From Candidatus Dojkabacteria bacterium (GTDB taxonomy: Bacteria > Patescibacteriota > Dojkabacteria > SC72), in assembly GCA_012842045.1 (NCBI GenBank), contig DUTP01000003.1:66532-130531 (forward strand): 64,000 nucleotides of DNA. Reading direction: 5' to 3'. Shown here piece by piece: positions 45,167-54,564 of the stretch. The first letter of the stretch is position 1; the number at the start of each line of letters is the position of its first letter. The notes beneath the pieces were generated by a model, which made no database searches, had not been told where the DNA came from, and saw only the letters and a program-made list of their open reading frames with translations. The position numbers and the translations under genes are program-made.

Positions 45167-45240
45167 TGCGGGATCATCTAATGGTAGGATGCCGGTCTTT
45201 GAAGCCGAGAATCATGGTTCGAATCCATGTCCCGCAACCA
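45167..45240 (+). tRNA. tRNA-Gln (anticodon TTG), CCA encoded, U1-A72
   Basis: TGCGGGATCATCTAATGGTAGGATGCCGGTCTTTGAAGCCGAGAATCATGGTTCGAATCCATGTCCCGCAACCA. Anticodon loop CTTTGAA. The U1:A72 pair is typical of bacterial tRNA-Gln. One mismatch at the top of the anticodon stem. Confidence 0.75.
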
Positions 45241-45243
45241 TGT

Positions 45244-45510
45244 TTATGCTCCTCTGAACTGTCGTAAAAGCAAACCTATTTTTTCAAAAGTACTACTTAA
45301 AGGAATATTATTAGGGTCAACAGGTGCAATACTATCCAGTAATAATTCTAAATCTTCTTCTGAAACAAAAAGTTCATTTATATCTAACAAGTTTTCTTTT
45401 GCATACTGAAGCTTTGGTGCAAATATACTTCCACTATTGTTCTGCCAATCAAAAGCAGTATCTAATGCTAAAACTTCTTCTCTAGTTAGTTGTAATACCC
45501 CTCTTTGCAT
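45244..45510 (-). CDS. Small hypothetical protein (88 aa)
   Basis: ORF only, acidic. Confidence 0.25.
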   Translation of the reverse strand: MQRGVLQLTREEVLALDTAFDWQNNSGSIFAPKLQYAKENLLDINELFVSEEDLELLLDSIAPVDPNNIPLSSTFEKIGLLLRQFRGA

Positions 45511-45543
45511 AATGTAGATATATTAATTTTAAATAATTAGAAA

Positions 45544-47511
45544 CTACATACTTAAATTTATATCCCTTATCCTATCCCTCAGCTCTGCAGCTTTTTCAAA
45601 CTGTAGCAGGTCAGAAGCAATCAACATTCTTTCATTTAATTCTTTAATTAACATCTTTTTCTGTTTAATATCCATTCTCTCTATATCTAAATCTACATCT
45701 GTATCTTCTTCCTTCTCTACTAATCTCCCCCTTATCTCTTTTACAATACTTTTAGGTGTAATATTATGTTTTTTGTTGTATTCTTCCTGATATTTTCTTC
45801 TTCTCTTTGTCTCATCGATAGCATATTTCATGCTTTCTGTAATCTCATCTGCGTACATAATTACTTTGCCATCAACATGTCTTGCAGCTCTTCCGATTGT
45901 TTGTACAAGACTTGTTTTAGACCTTAAGAATCCTTCCTTATCTGCATCCAATATGATTACTAAGGATACTTCAGGAAGATCTATACCTTCTCTTAATAGA
46001 TTAATACCTACTACAACATCATATTCTCCCAATCTCAAATCCCTCAAGATATCAACTCTTTCAATTGTTTCAATGTCTGAATGTATATATTGTACTTTAA
46101 TATCTATATCTTTTAGATATGTTGTTAAATCTTCTGCAAACCTCTTAGTCAGTGTTGTTATCAATACCCTCTGCTTTTTCTTAACACACTCCTTTATCTC
46201 TGCTATAACATCATCTATCTGGTTCTCTGTAGGTTTAACTACAACAAGGGGATCTAGAAGCCCTGTAGGTCTTGTTAGAAGCTCTGTAATCTGCATATTA
46301 CTATCTTGCATCTCCCAATCAGCAGGAGTTGCTGAAATGTAGAGTGTATCACCTTGTTTTTTCCTAAACTCTTCAAAATTCAACGGTCTATTATCTCTAG
46401 CTGTTGGTAGTCTAAATCCATATTCGATAAGATTATCTTTTCTAGCCTTATCACCATTGTACATACCTCCAACTTGAGGAATGGTAATATGGGATTCGTC
46501 AATGAAAAGAAGATAATCATCAGGAAAGTAATCTAAGAGAGTATAAGGTGGTTGACCTGGTTTTCTACCATCAAAATATATACTGTAGTTCTCCATACTC
46601 TTGCAGTATCCAACTTCTTGTAACATTTCAATATCATAATTTGTTTTCTGTTCCAATCTATATGCCTCCAACTCTTTCCCTATATTCCTTAAAAAAGCTG
46701 CTCTCTGTGCTAAATCTTTCTGTATTTTTAATATTGCATCATTAATAACTTCTTTAGGAAAAACTAATGATGTAGCAGGGAAAATGATAATTTCTTTTTC
46801 TTCACTTAAAACATGTTTTGATATTGGATCTACCTTTGTAATTCTTTCAACGGTATTCCCAAAGAGTTCTATTCTAACAGAGATATCTTCATACGGAGGG
46901 AAAATTTCGATAATATCACCTGTAATTCTAAAAACACCATTTGTAAATGAATATGTATCCCTCTCATACCTCATCTCAACTAATTCTAAAGCTACTTCTG
47001 ATAACTCAACTTTCTGTCCTAAGAAGAAAGAAATAGCTCTGTTCTCATAATTCTCAGGTTGTCCAATATTGTAAATACAAGATACACTAGCAACCACAAC
47101 AGTATCTTTTCTTGTTAATGCTGAATTCATAGCTGCAAACCTTAAGTTCTCTATTTCTTTGTTAGTTTGAGACTCTTTCTCAATATAAAGGTCTTTTGCT
47201 GGAATATATGCTTCTGGTTGATAGTAATCGTAGTATGAAACAAAATACCTAACAGAGTTCTCTGGAAAGAATTCCTTAAATTCTTCATAAAGTTGTGCTG
47301 CAAGAGTTTTGTTGTGTGATAGTACTAAAGTAGGTTTGTTTAGTTCATTGATAATATTAGCCATCACAAAAGTTTTTCCAGAACCTGTAACTCCTAACAG
47401 TGTTTGTTTGTTACCTTTTTTCTTTTCTTTAAACCTTTCTACTATCTGGTTCATAGCCTTCTTTTGGTCTTCTGAAACTTTGTATTTTGCTACTAGATTA
47501 AACTTTTCCAT
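45544..47511 (-). CDS. uvrB: Excinuclease ABC subunit B
   Basis: Walker A GVTGSGKTF, helicase motifs, beta-hairpin region, and the C-terminal UVR domain (AAELRDRIRDI). Confidence 0.9.
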   Translation of the reverse strand: MEKFNLVAKYKVSEDQKKAMNQIVERFKEKKKGNKQTLLGVTGSGKTFVMANIINELNKPTLVLSHNKTLAAQLYEEFKEFFPENSVRYFVSYYDYYQPEAYIPAKDLYIEKESQTNKEIENLRFAAMNSALTRKDTVVVASVSCIYNIGQPENYENRAISFFLGQKVELSEVALELVEMRYERDTYSFTNGVFRITGDIIEIFPPYEDISVRIELFGNTVERITKVDPISKHVLSEEKEIIIFPATSLVFPKEVINDAILKIQKDLAQRAAFLRNIGKELEAYRLEQKTNYDIEMLQEVGYCKSMENYSIYFDGRKPGQPPYTLLDYFPDDYLLFIDESHITIPQVGGMYNGDKARKDNLIEYGFRLPTARDNRPLNFEEFRKKQGDTLYISATPADWEMQDSNMQITELLTRPTGLLDPLVVVKPTENQIDDVIAEIKECVKKKQRVLITTLTKRFAEDLTTYLKDIDIKVQYIHSDIETIERVDILRDLRLGEYDVVVGINLLREGIDLPEVSLVIILDADKEGFLRSKTSLVQTIGRAARHVDGKVIMYADEITESMKYAIDETKRRRKYQEEYNKKHNITPKSIVKEIRGRLVEKEEDTDVDLDIERMDIKQKKMLIKELNERMLIASDLLQFEKAAELRDRIRDINLSM

Positions 47512-47552
47512 ACTATATTTTAGCAGATATCCTAATATGTTAGAATGTAGAT

Positions 47553-49397
47553 ATGAAAGGTGTAAAACTAAACAAATTATCAGATGAAGTTGTTAGACAG
47601 ATTGCAGCAGGAGAGGTAATTGAAAGGCCAGCATCTGTGGTTAAAGAATTAGTAGATAACTCTATTGATGCAAAAGCAAGTAAGATTACAGTAAAAGTAA
47701 AAAATGGAGGTATTGATCTAATTGAAGTTTCAGATGATGGTATTGGTATTCCAAAAGAGAATCTTCCTTTAATTTTTCAATCACATACAACATCAAAGCT
47801 TAATAGTATTGAAGATTTAAACACACTACTTAGTATGGGTTTTAGAGGTGAAGCTCTCTCTACAATTACTTCTGTAGCAAAGGTAAGAACCGAGTCTAAA
47901 TATGAAGAGGAAGAGAGAGCAAATGCAATATTTTTTAATGAAAAAGGAGCTTCAGAGATATCAACAATAGCGAAAGAAAAAGGCACTACCATTAAAGTTG
48001 AAAACCTTTTCTACAATATTCCAGCTAGGGCTAAGTATCTTAAAACAGCCAATACCGAATACAGAAAGATATTTGAAATGTTAAACAGGTATTTTCTAAT
48101 CTATCCAGATATATCTTTTACCTTAGAAAAAGATGGTAAAACAGTCATTGAACTTAATGCTATAACACATAGCAAAGCAGGAGAACTGCATGAAGAAAGA
48201 GTTAGAGAGGTTCTGGGAAAAGATTTTAGTGATGATATGTTGAAATTAAGGTATGAAGGCTCTGGTATAAAAATATCAGGTTTTGTTTCTCATCCATCTA
48301 AGTTTAAGAAGAAAGCGACCAATCAATATATCTTTGTTAATAATCGACCAATTACAGATAGAGGTATTGTTCGAGCTGTTATGGAAGGCTACTCTAGATA
48401 CTTACCTTTTGGACAGAGAATTGATTTTGTGATTAATATAAACATTAATCCAGAGCTTGTTGATGTCAATGTCCACCCAAGAAAAGAAGAAGTTAGGTTT
48501 GAGAATCCGTTTAGAATATATTCGGCAGTTGAAGAAGCTGTTAGACATGTTTTAGAAAAGAATCTTTCTTACAGAAATGAAGAAAGTAAAGGAGTAGGGC
48601 AGATTGGAAGTGATATTGATTTTAAATCGATAAGGGAGACCTACAACACCCAAGTACCTCAAACTTCGCTTCCTAGGGCATCTGAGGGCGTCAAACAATA
48701 TCAGCAACAATCCTTGTATTCACAAAACAAACCAACATCTGTACAGGATAGTATCATGTTTTCTAAAGAACTATTTAAAGAAATAGAACCAGTAGAAGAA
48801 AATCAAGAACAACAGGATGGTGATATCCGATCCATATTCCAAATTTTTAATAAATATATTGTAATTGAATTTACTAATGAAAAGCTCTGGATGATTGACC
48901 AGCATGCAGCTGCAGAGAGAATTAATTTTGAGAAATTGATCAACCGTGAGAAGAATCAAACAACACTACAGAACTTACTAGTACCAGTAGAGATACCTTT
49001 CTCCAAAAAACAGATAATATTTCTTAAAGACAGTAAAGACTTCTTTGAGGATTTAGGATTTCTTTTTGATATTAAATCTGAGAGCATTCTCCTGAAAACA
49101 ATTCCAGCTGAATATGCCGAGGCTGATTTTGAAACGATTTTCTTAGATATTTTTGAATTAGAAGACAATATTGAACTATTAGGTAAATCTCTAAAGAAAA
49201 GAAAGGAAGACATCTTAGCTACAATTGCTTGTCATGGTAGTATTAGGACAGGTAAATCCTTAGCACATCAAGAAATGTTAAATCTCTTTCATGAACTTAA
49301 AGCTTGTGATAATGCATATAGCTGTCCTCACGGTAGACCCATTATATGGAAACTTACACTTAGTGAGATAGATAATCATTTTGAAAGAACATACTAA
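47553..49397 (+). CDS. mutL: DNA mismatch repair protein MutL
   Basis: GHKL ATPase motifs ELVDNSIDA and DDGIGI; C-terminal dimerisation domain. Confidence 0.85.
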   Translation: MKGVKLNKLSDEVVRQIAAGEVIERPASVVKELVDNSIDAKASKITVKVKNGGIDLIEVSDDGIGIPKENLPLIFQSHTTSKLNSIEDLNTLLSMGFRGEALSTITSVAKVRTESKYEEEERANAIFFNEKGASEISTIAKEKGTTIKVENLFYNIPARAKYLKTANTEYRKIFEMLNRYFLIYPDISFTLEKDGKTVIELNAITHSKAGELHEERVREVLGKDFSDDMLKLRYEGSGIKISGFVSHPSKFKKKATNQYIFVNNRPITDRGIVRAVMEGYSRYLPFGQRIDFVINININPELVDVNVHPRKEEVRFENPFRIYSAVEEAVRHVLEKNLSYRNEESKGVGQIGSDIDFKSIRETYNTQVPQTSLPRASEGVKQYQQQSLYSQNKPTSVQDSIMFSKELFKEIEPVEENQEQQDGDIRSIFQIFNKYIVIEFTNEKLWMIDQHAAAERINFEKLINREKNQTTLQNLLVPVEIPFSKKQIIFLKDSKDFFEDLGFLFDIKSESILLKTIPAEYAEADFETIFLDIFELEDNIELLGKSLKKRKEDILATIACHGSIRTGKSLAHQEMLNLFHELKACDNAYSCPHGRPIIWKLTLSEIDNHFERTY

Positions 49398-50643
49398 ATT
49401 GAAAATATTTACAGGATCTACTCCAAATACAACAGAAAAGGATCTTCTACTAGCCAAAGGAATTCTTTCTGGAGCTGTTAATACTCAAGGAGCGAGAGAA
49501 AGTCTTAAAGAATATTTTCGAAATACATGGGAAGAAGATATCTTTCTTTTCAACAGAGGAAGAGAGGCAATATATTTCCTTCTTAAGAATTTAGGTCTGA
49601 AGAAAGATGATGAAATAATACTCCAAGCATTCACGTGCATTGCAACTGTTGAACCTATTCTCTGGAGTAAATGTAAACCTGTTTTTGTTGATATTCAAAA
49701 GAATAGCTTTAATATTGATTTAGAAAAATTAAGAAGTAGTATCACACCTAGAACTAGAGTTGTACTAATACAACATACTTTTGGAGAGATGGTTAATATG
49801 AAAAAGGTTAGAGAAATAGTAGAGAGTTTTAATAATGAAAGGGATAATGAAGAAAAAATATTTTTAATAGAGGACTGTGCCCATCTTTTTTCTCTAACTG
49901 ACGATAGAATAGGTAAATATTCAGATGCTTTCTTCTTTAGTTTTGCACAAGACAAAGCAATTAGTTCAACACAAGGTGCAATGCTAGTTGTTAAGAATAA
50001 CAACTTTTTTAGCTCTAACCTTAAACAGGAATATGAGGAATTGGATGAACTTAACCAAAGAGAAGCTACTTACAATGCTAGATATGTTCTACTTTGGGAG
50101 AAGATAAAGAGATTTTACTATACACTTGAAATACCTCTGATAAGATTCAGTCTTGGGAAACTTTTAATCCTCCTTTTTAGATTTCTAGGATTAATAAAGA
50201 AACAAGCAAAAGTTAATATAGAAAAGGATTGTAATATTAAGAAAATGAGTGATATCCAAGCCCAACTTCTTCTTAGACAGTTAGAAGATTGGGAAGTCTT
50301 TAATCAGCACAGACAAGAAATTGTTACAATATACGAAGATAAACTTAAAGAAGAGTATAGAACTAGTTATAAAAAAGGAGATACTCTACTTAGATATCCT
50401 ATCCTTTCAGAAAAGAAGAATTTAATAAGAAAAATCTTAAGAGAAGAGAAGGTGATTGTAGGTAATTGGTATAGTTCTCCGATTTACCCACTAGCCTGGG
50501 AGAACCTTTCCTCTGTTGGATATGTAAAAGGAAGTTGTCCTAATGTAGAAACTGCTTGCAAGAATATTTTAAATCTCCCCACAGGTATAGAAGTGAGTAA
50601 GGAGCAAGCAGAAGAAATTACTGATATACTTAATTCTGTATAA
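49381..50643 (+). CDS. DegT/DnrJ/EryC1/StrS-family PLP-dependent aminotransferase
   Basis: Fold-type I AAT-like motifs. PLP-lysine in FFSFAQDKAISS (the family SFxxxK). Overlaps the mutL stop by 17 nt. Confidence 0.6.
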   Translation: MKEHTKLKIFTGSTPNTTEKDLLLAKGILSGAVNTQGARESLKEYFRNTWEEDIFLFNRGREAIYFLLKNLGLKKDDEIILQAFTCIATVEPILWSKCKPVFVDIQKNSFNIDLEKLRSSITPRTRVVLIQHTFGEMVNMKKVREIVESFNNERDNEEKIFLIEDCAHLFSLTDDRIGKYSDAFFFSFAQDKAISSTQGAMLVVKNNNFFSSNLKQEYEELDELNQREATYNARYVLLWEKIKRFYYTLEIPLIRFSLGKLLILLFRFLGLIKKQAKVNIEKDCNIKKMSDIQAQLLLRQLEDWEVFNQHRQEIVTIYEDKLKEEYRTSYKKGDTLLRYPILSEKKNLIRKILREEKVIVGNWYSSPIYPLAWENLSSVGYVKGSCPNVETACKNILNLPTGIEVSKEQAEEITDILNSV

Positions 50644-50652
50644 AGTTTTAAT

Positions 50653-51726
50653 TTGTCTATTTTAAACATGAGTTTGATATTTAAAGAGATAGAGAATGAT
50701 AAAGAGTGGGATGAATACGTATTCAAGATGCCCAACTATTCATTTCTCAACAGTAGTGCTAGATTTCAATACAACAAAACTGTTGGAATTAAAACCTACA
50801 GAACAGCCATCGTTGATAATGAGAAATTAAAAGGAATTATCTCTTGCAACGTTGGAACATCTAAGTTGTTTGGGAACTTCTTAGAATGCAAACACTCTCC
50901 TCTATTGTTAGATGCTTCAGTAGAGGATTGGATAGAAGTAATGGAATATTGTAAAAAGATAGCTAAAGAAAACAAATGCTTTATGTTTCGATTCTCACCT
51001 CTCTATGAGAGAAATGAAAACCTCTCTGCGTTTTATAAAAAAACAGGCTTTATCTCTGCACCTATCCATAATGTAGATGCATTAATCTCACAGCATATTG
51101 ATTTAAGAAAGAGCGAAGAAGAGATTAATAGAGAGATGAACAAAACGAGAAGAAACCTCTTAAGAAGGTCATTAGAAGATGACACCATTGAAGTTAAAAT
51201 TGTAGACACAGATGAATATTTTGAAGATTTTGCAAGATTCCATGATGAAACAGTAAAGTTTAAAGGATATGTAGATAAGCCCACAAACTTATTAATGAAA
51301 GAATTAGAAGAACAACAAAGTAGAGGAATGTGTTACATGGTTGTTGCTTTATATAAAGGCAAACCTTTCTCTATTTGGCAAAATAGTGTGTATGGAAAGC
51401 ATATGCACCTCTATCAGGCAGGAGCTTCTACAAAGTTTAGAAAAGATAATTTCATGGTAACAACATTGCTATTCTGGAAGAGTGTGTTACTAGGTAAAAA
51501 GCTAGGTTTAGAACTATATGACCTGTTTGGTGGTGTAGTACCAAATGAGTATGAAAACAAAAAACACCCATGGAGAGGTGTTAGTGAATTTAAGAGAAGT
51601 TTAGGTGGAGTTAAAACCACATATATGCATAGTATGGATTACCCTCTTTGCAAGATTAAGTATTTTGTTTACTACCTCTACTCAACATTTAGAACAAGAA
51701 TCAAAGGACACACAACAAAGTGGTAA
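50653..51726 (+). CDS. FemAB-family (GNAT-fold) peptidoglycan aminoacyl-transferase-like protein
   Basis: C-terminal HLYQAGASTKFRKDNFMVTTLLFWKSVLLGKKLGLELYDLFGG matches the FemX/FemAB conserved block. Confidence 0.55.
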   Translation: MSILNMSLIFKEIENDKEWDEYVFKMPNYSFLNSSARFQYNKTVGIKTYRTAIVDNEKLKGIISCNVGTSKLFGNFLECKHSPLLLDASVEDWIEVMEYCKKIAKENKCFMFRFSPLYERNENLSAFYKKTGFISAPIHNVDALISQHIDLRKSEEEINREMNKTRRNLLRRSLEDDTIEVKIVDTDEYFEDFARFHDETVKFKGYVDKPTNLLMKELEEQQSRGMCYMVVALYKGKPFSIWQNSVYGKHMHLYQAGASTKFRKDNFMVTTLLFWKSVLLGKKLGLELYDLFGGVVPNEYENKKHPWRGVSEFKRSLGGVKTTYMHSMDYPLCKIKYFVYYLYSTFRTRIKGHTTKW

Positions 51727-51736
51727 ATAAAATAGT

Positions 51737-52639
51737 TTAATAAGTTTCAATAATATTAATAACAGGAGGAATACCTAATCTAAAAGGTAAGCCTGTCATA
51801 CCTAGTCCTGAAGACACAAAAACCTTTCCATTTTTAGTTTCATAATACCCTTCATCAAAATCATAATCGCTAGGAATGAAATATTTATATATAAAAGGAA
51901 TACGAATCTGTCCTCCATGTGTATGGCCAGAGAGTGTTAAATCAGGTTTAATTTCCTCATATGAATAAACAGTGTCTGGTGAGTGAGCTATTACTAACAA
52001 ATTTTCTACATCTTTAAACTCATCTAACTTTTCGGTATCCACTTCCTCAGCTAAAAGATCGCCTAAACCTAAAATATGTATATCTAAATTCTCAAGATAC
52101 AGATCTTCATTCTTTAAGAATATCACATTATTTTTTTCTAATGCTTCCTTTAATTCTTTCTCAATATATGGACCTGGAGCTTGACTATCATGATTACCTA
52201 AGACTGCATATGTAGGCTTCTTAAGATTTTTAAAAGGTGAGAGTAGGGTAGTTAAATCTCCTATTGGGTAATATGTTATATCTCCGGCTATTACAACAAA
52301 ATCTACATCATCTATATTATTAACTTTCTCAATAACTCTCTCTAAAAACCTTGTTGAGTTATATGCACCAATATGAGGGTCTGATATAAGTACTATTTTA
52401 GATTTAAATCCTGTTTCAATGCTTGTTTGTTTCTCTACTATGATGTTTGGTTCTACAAATCTTGCATAGATTAACAGAAAATTGATAAGGTAAAGAAAAA
52501 TTACAACTATTTTAAAAAGAGGTTTATTTGTAAACTTGTCTTTAATCTTTGAGTAGAGAAGAAAAAGTAGAATAGGGGTAATTAGTAGGAGAAATGAGGT
52601 GTAGTTAATAAAATAGTTAACAATGTAGTGTAGTATCAT
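51737..52639 (-). CDS. Membrane-anchored calcineurin-like metallophosphoesterase
   Basis: N-terminal TMs, then GDITY, GNHD and GHTHGGQ metallophosphatase motifs. Confidence 0.7.
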   Translation of the reverse strand: MILHYIVNYFINYTSFLLLITPILLFLLYSKIKDKFTNKPLFKIVVIFLYLINFLLIYARFVEPNIIVEKQTSIETGFKSKIVLISDPHIGAYNSTRFLERVIEKVNNIDDVDFVVIAGDITYYPIGDLTTLLSPFKNLKKPTYAVLGNHDSQAPGPYIEKELKEALEKNNVIFLKNEDLYLENLDIHILGLGDLLAEEVDTEKLDEFKDVENLLVIAHSPDTVYSYEEIKPDLTLSGHTHGGQIRIPFIYKYFIPSDYDFDEGYYETKNGKVFVSSGLGMTGLPFRLGIPPVINIIETY

Positions 52640-52654
52640 ATTAATAATTATATC

Positions 52655-53200
52655 CTATCTATTTAAAAATTCAGCTAACTTATCCCATGCTTTACCCCAA
52701 ACCAAACCCTTTTCATCTTCACTCATATCAACCATCAACTTACCTGTAATATCAGCTTTAAAAAATGCATCAAAAGCATATCCTTCTTTCATTTCCTCAA
52801 TAGGAACAATAATACCTGTTGATTTACTAGTAAATATTTGAATACCATCTTGGTCTGCATATGCTAAAGTTTGTTGTATATATGCAGTACGATCCTCTAT
52901 ACCTTCTAAAAGCTTAAGGAATTGTTCCTGTGATAGTGTCTTAAACATATCACTAGTATAAATACCGGGGAAACCATTAAGTGCATTTATAAACAAACCT
53001 GAGTCCATAGTAATAATAGGTTCCTGAGACTTCTCATAAGCTTGCTTTACTTTAAACTGTGAAATCTCCTCCTGTGTCATAGATTGAGGCTCTATTAATG
53101 TAATTTCAAAAGGTACTGCTTCCCAACCGTGTTTGTTCAAAAGATTATTAGCAAACTTGATTTTGTAATCATTTGTAGTAGCAAATCTTATTTGTTTCAT
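52655..53200 (-). CDS. Non-canonical purine NTP pyrophosphatase (Ham1/ITPase/RdgB family)
   Basis: IRFATTNDYKIKF...DSGLFINALNGFPGIYTSD matches the Ham1 T-x-N-x-x-K...DSGL..L.G.PG..S pattern. Confidence 0.55.
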   Translation of the reverse strand: MKQIRFATTNDYKIKFANNLLNKHGWEAVPFEITLIEPQSMTQEEISQFKVKQAYEKSQEPIITMDSGLFINALNGFPGIYTSDMFKTLSQEQFLKLLEGIEDRTAYIQQTLAYADQDGIQIFTSKSTGIIVPIEEMKEGYAFDAFFKADITGKLMVDMSEDEKGLVWGKAWDKLAEFLNR

Positions 53201-53229
53201 CTTGTTAGTAGAAATGAGAAAGTTCTAAA

Positions 53230-53306
53230 TGGTCGGGGAGACAGGACTTGAACCTGCGACCTCTGCATCCCAAATGCAGCGTTCTAGCCATCTGAACTAC
53301 TCCCCG
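53230..53306 (-). tRNA. tRNA-Pro (anticodon TGG), CCA encoded, C1-G72
   Basis: The reverse complement is CGGGGAGTAGTTCAGATGGCTAGAACGCTGCATTTGGGATGCAGAGGTCGCAGGTTCAAGTCCTGTCTCCCCGACCA. Anticodon loop TTTGGGA with G37. Confidence 0.85.
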
Positions 53307-53391
53307 AGGCTCTGTCATTCTATCATATATTAAGAATTATTGAAATAAAAAGGGGAGATTACTCTCCCCTCAATTTCTACTAAAATGTAGT

Positions 53392-53727
53392 TTAAAGAGC
53401 TGCCATAGCTTTAAGTGCAAGGTCTGACACCAAAGGAACATCAAATCTCTCACCTTTAGCAGTCTTAACCATTCCAATAATCATACAAACAAAAGCTATT
53501 GGACCTAATAACCAGCCAATTATTGGGATAAATGTAAGCATACTGAAAAGCCCCATTATAGCAGCTTGTGCTCCAACATACCTTACAAAACTATCTTCCT
53601 TTTCTACAAAGAACATTATTAAGCCTACTATAAAAATCCAAGAAAGAATACTTATTGTCTTATTCTCCTCCTTGAACTTTATTTCGTCTAATGTATAGAC
53701 CTTTTTAGCATTTTTTACTTCTGCCAT
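53392..53727 (-). CDS. Small two-TM membrane protein, hypothetical
   Basis: 111 aa with two long hydrophobic helices. Confidence 0.35.
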   Translation of the reverse strand: MAEVKNAKKVYTLDEIKFKEENKTISILSWIFIVGLIMFFVEKEDSFVRYVGAQAAIMGLFSMLTFIPIIGWLLGPIAFVCMIIGMVKTAKGERFDVPLVSDLALKAMAAL

Positions 53728-53913
53728 ATTAAGTTTGAGTAAATAAAATAAATTAATAACTCCAGTATACCATAGAAGGTTACCTCAATGGTATAGTCAC
53801 TGTACAAGATGACTATATAAGCTTTTGTTGCAGTCATTTAATATACTATAAGTACTTGCAATGGTTTCCAAGAGGGGTATACTAGGTGTATATTAAAATT
53901 ATATTTTACAAAA

Positions 53914-54564
53914 ATGGATGGTATACTCACAAAGAAACAAGAGGCTGTTTTAGGAATAATTAAACGATACTATTTAGAGCAAGGTGTTGCCCCTTCTCTG
54001 AATGAACTTAAGGATGAATTAGGCATAACAACAAAGAGAGGAGTAGTTGTTCACCTAGATGCTTTAGAGAAAAAAGGATATATTTTTAGAACAAGCCAAC
54101 CTAGGGGTATACATATGGCAGAAAACGATGATGAGATAGTATACGACTACTTAGTAGGTGTACCAATTCTTGGTTATGCAAATGCTGGTATTCCAATGGT
54201 AAGTGCTGAGGAAGAGAATATAGGTGTGTTGAAGATAGATAAAAATATTCTTGGAAAAAGGAGAAATCTCTTCTCATTAATTATAAAAGGAGACTCTATG
54301 GATCAAGCAGTGATAGACGGTCATACTTTAAAGAATGGTAAGTATGTTGTTGTTGAGAAAGATGCTGATTTTGAAGATGGTGATATTGTAGTAGCAATTA
54401 TAGACAACTGTGCTACTATAAAGAGATTTAAGAGAGGGAGAGACATGATTGTTCTCTATCCTGACTCTAGTAACCCAGCAAATACACCTATATATATTGA
54501 TAAAAATACAGACATTTTAATAAACGGAAAGGTTGTAAAGGTTTTAGAGAACCCTGCTATCTAA
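53914..54564 (+). CDS. lexA: LexA repressor (SOS regulator, S24 peptidase)
   Basis: N-terminal wHTH (LTKKQEAVLGIIKRYY...APSLNELKDELGI), cleavage-site region, and C-terminal GDSM...K Ser-Lys dyad (IKGDSMDQAV, VVAIIDNCATIKRF). Confidence 0.85.
   Translation: MDGILTKKQEAVLGIIKRYYLEQGVAPSLNELKDELGITTKRGVVVHLDALEKKGYIFRTSQPRGIHMAENDDEIVYDYLVGVPILGYANAGIPMVSAEEENIGVLKIDKNILGKRRNLFSLIIKGDSMDQAVIDGHTLKNGKYVVVEKDADFEDGDIVVAIIDNCATIKRFKRGRDMIVLYPDSSNPANTPIYIDKNTDILINGKVVKVLENPAI

Noticed and set aside
45227-45409. 60-aa ORF on the plus strand
   Set aside because: Starts inside tRNA-Gln and has low-complexity S-rich content. Spurious.
45830-47587. Plus-strand ORFs inside uvrB (45830..46342, 46548..46745, 46784..47050, 47309..47587)
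   Set aside because: Antisense to uvrB with S/L/I-rich low-complexity translations. Spurious.
42506-53850. TATA(C/G)TATA 9-mer seen near lexA (53842-53850), uvrC (42506-42514) and uvrB (47510-47518), considered as a candidate SOS/LexA box
   Set aside because: On inspection the uvrC copy is simply the TATAAT -10 element, and the uvrB copy includes the start codon itself. About three such AT-only 9-mers are expected by chance in 64 kb of this composition. It is not a credible operator.
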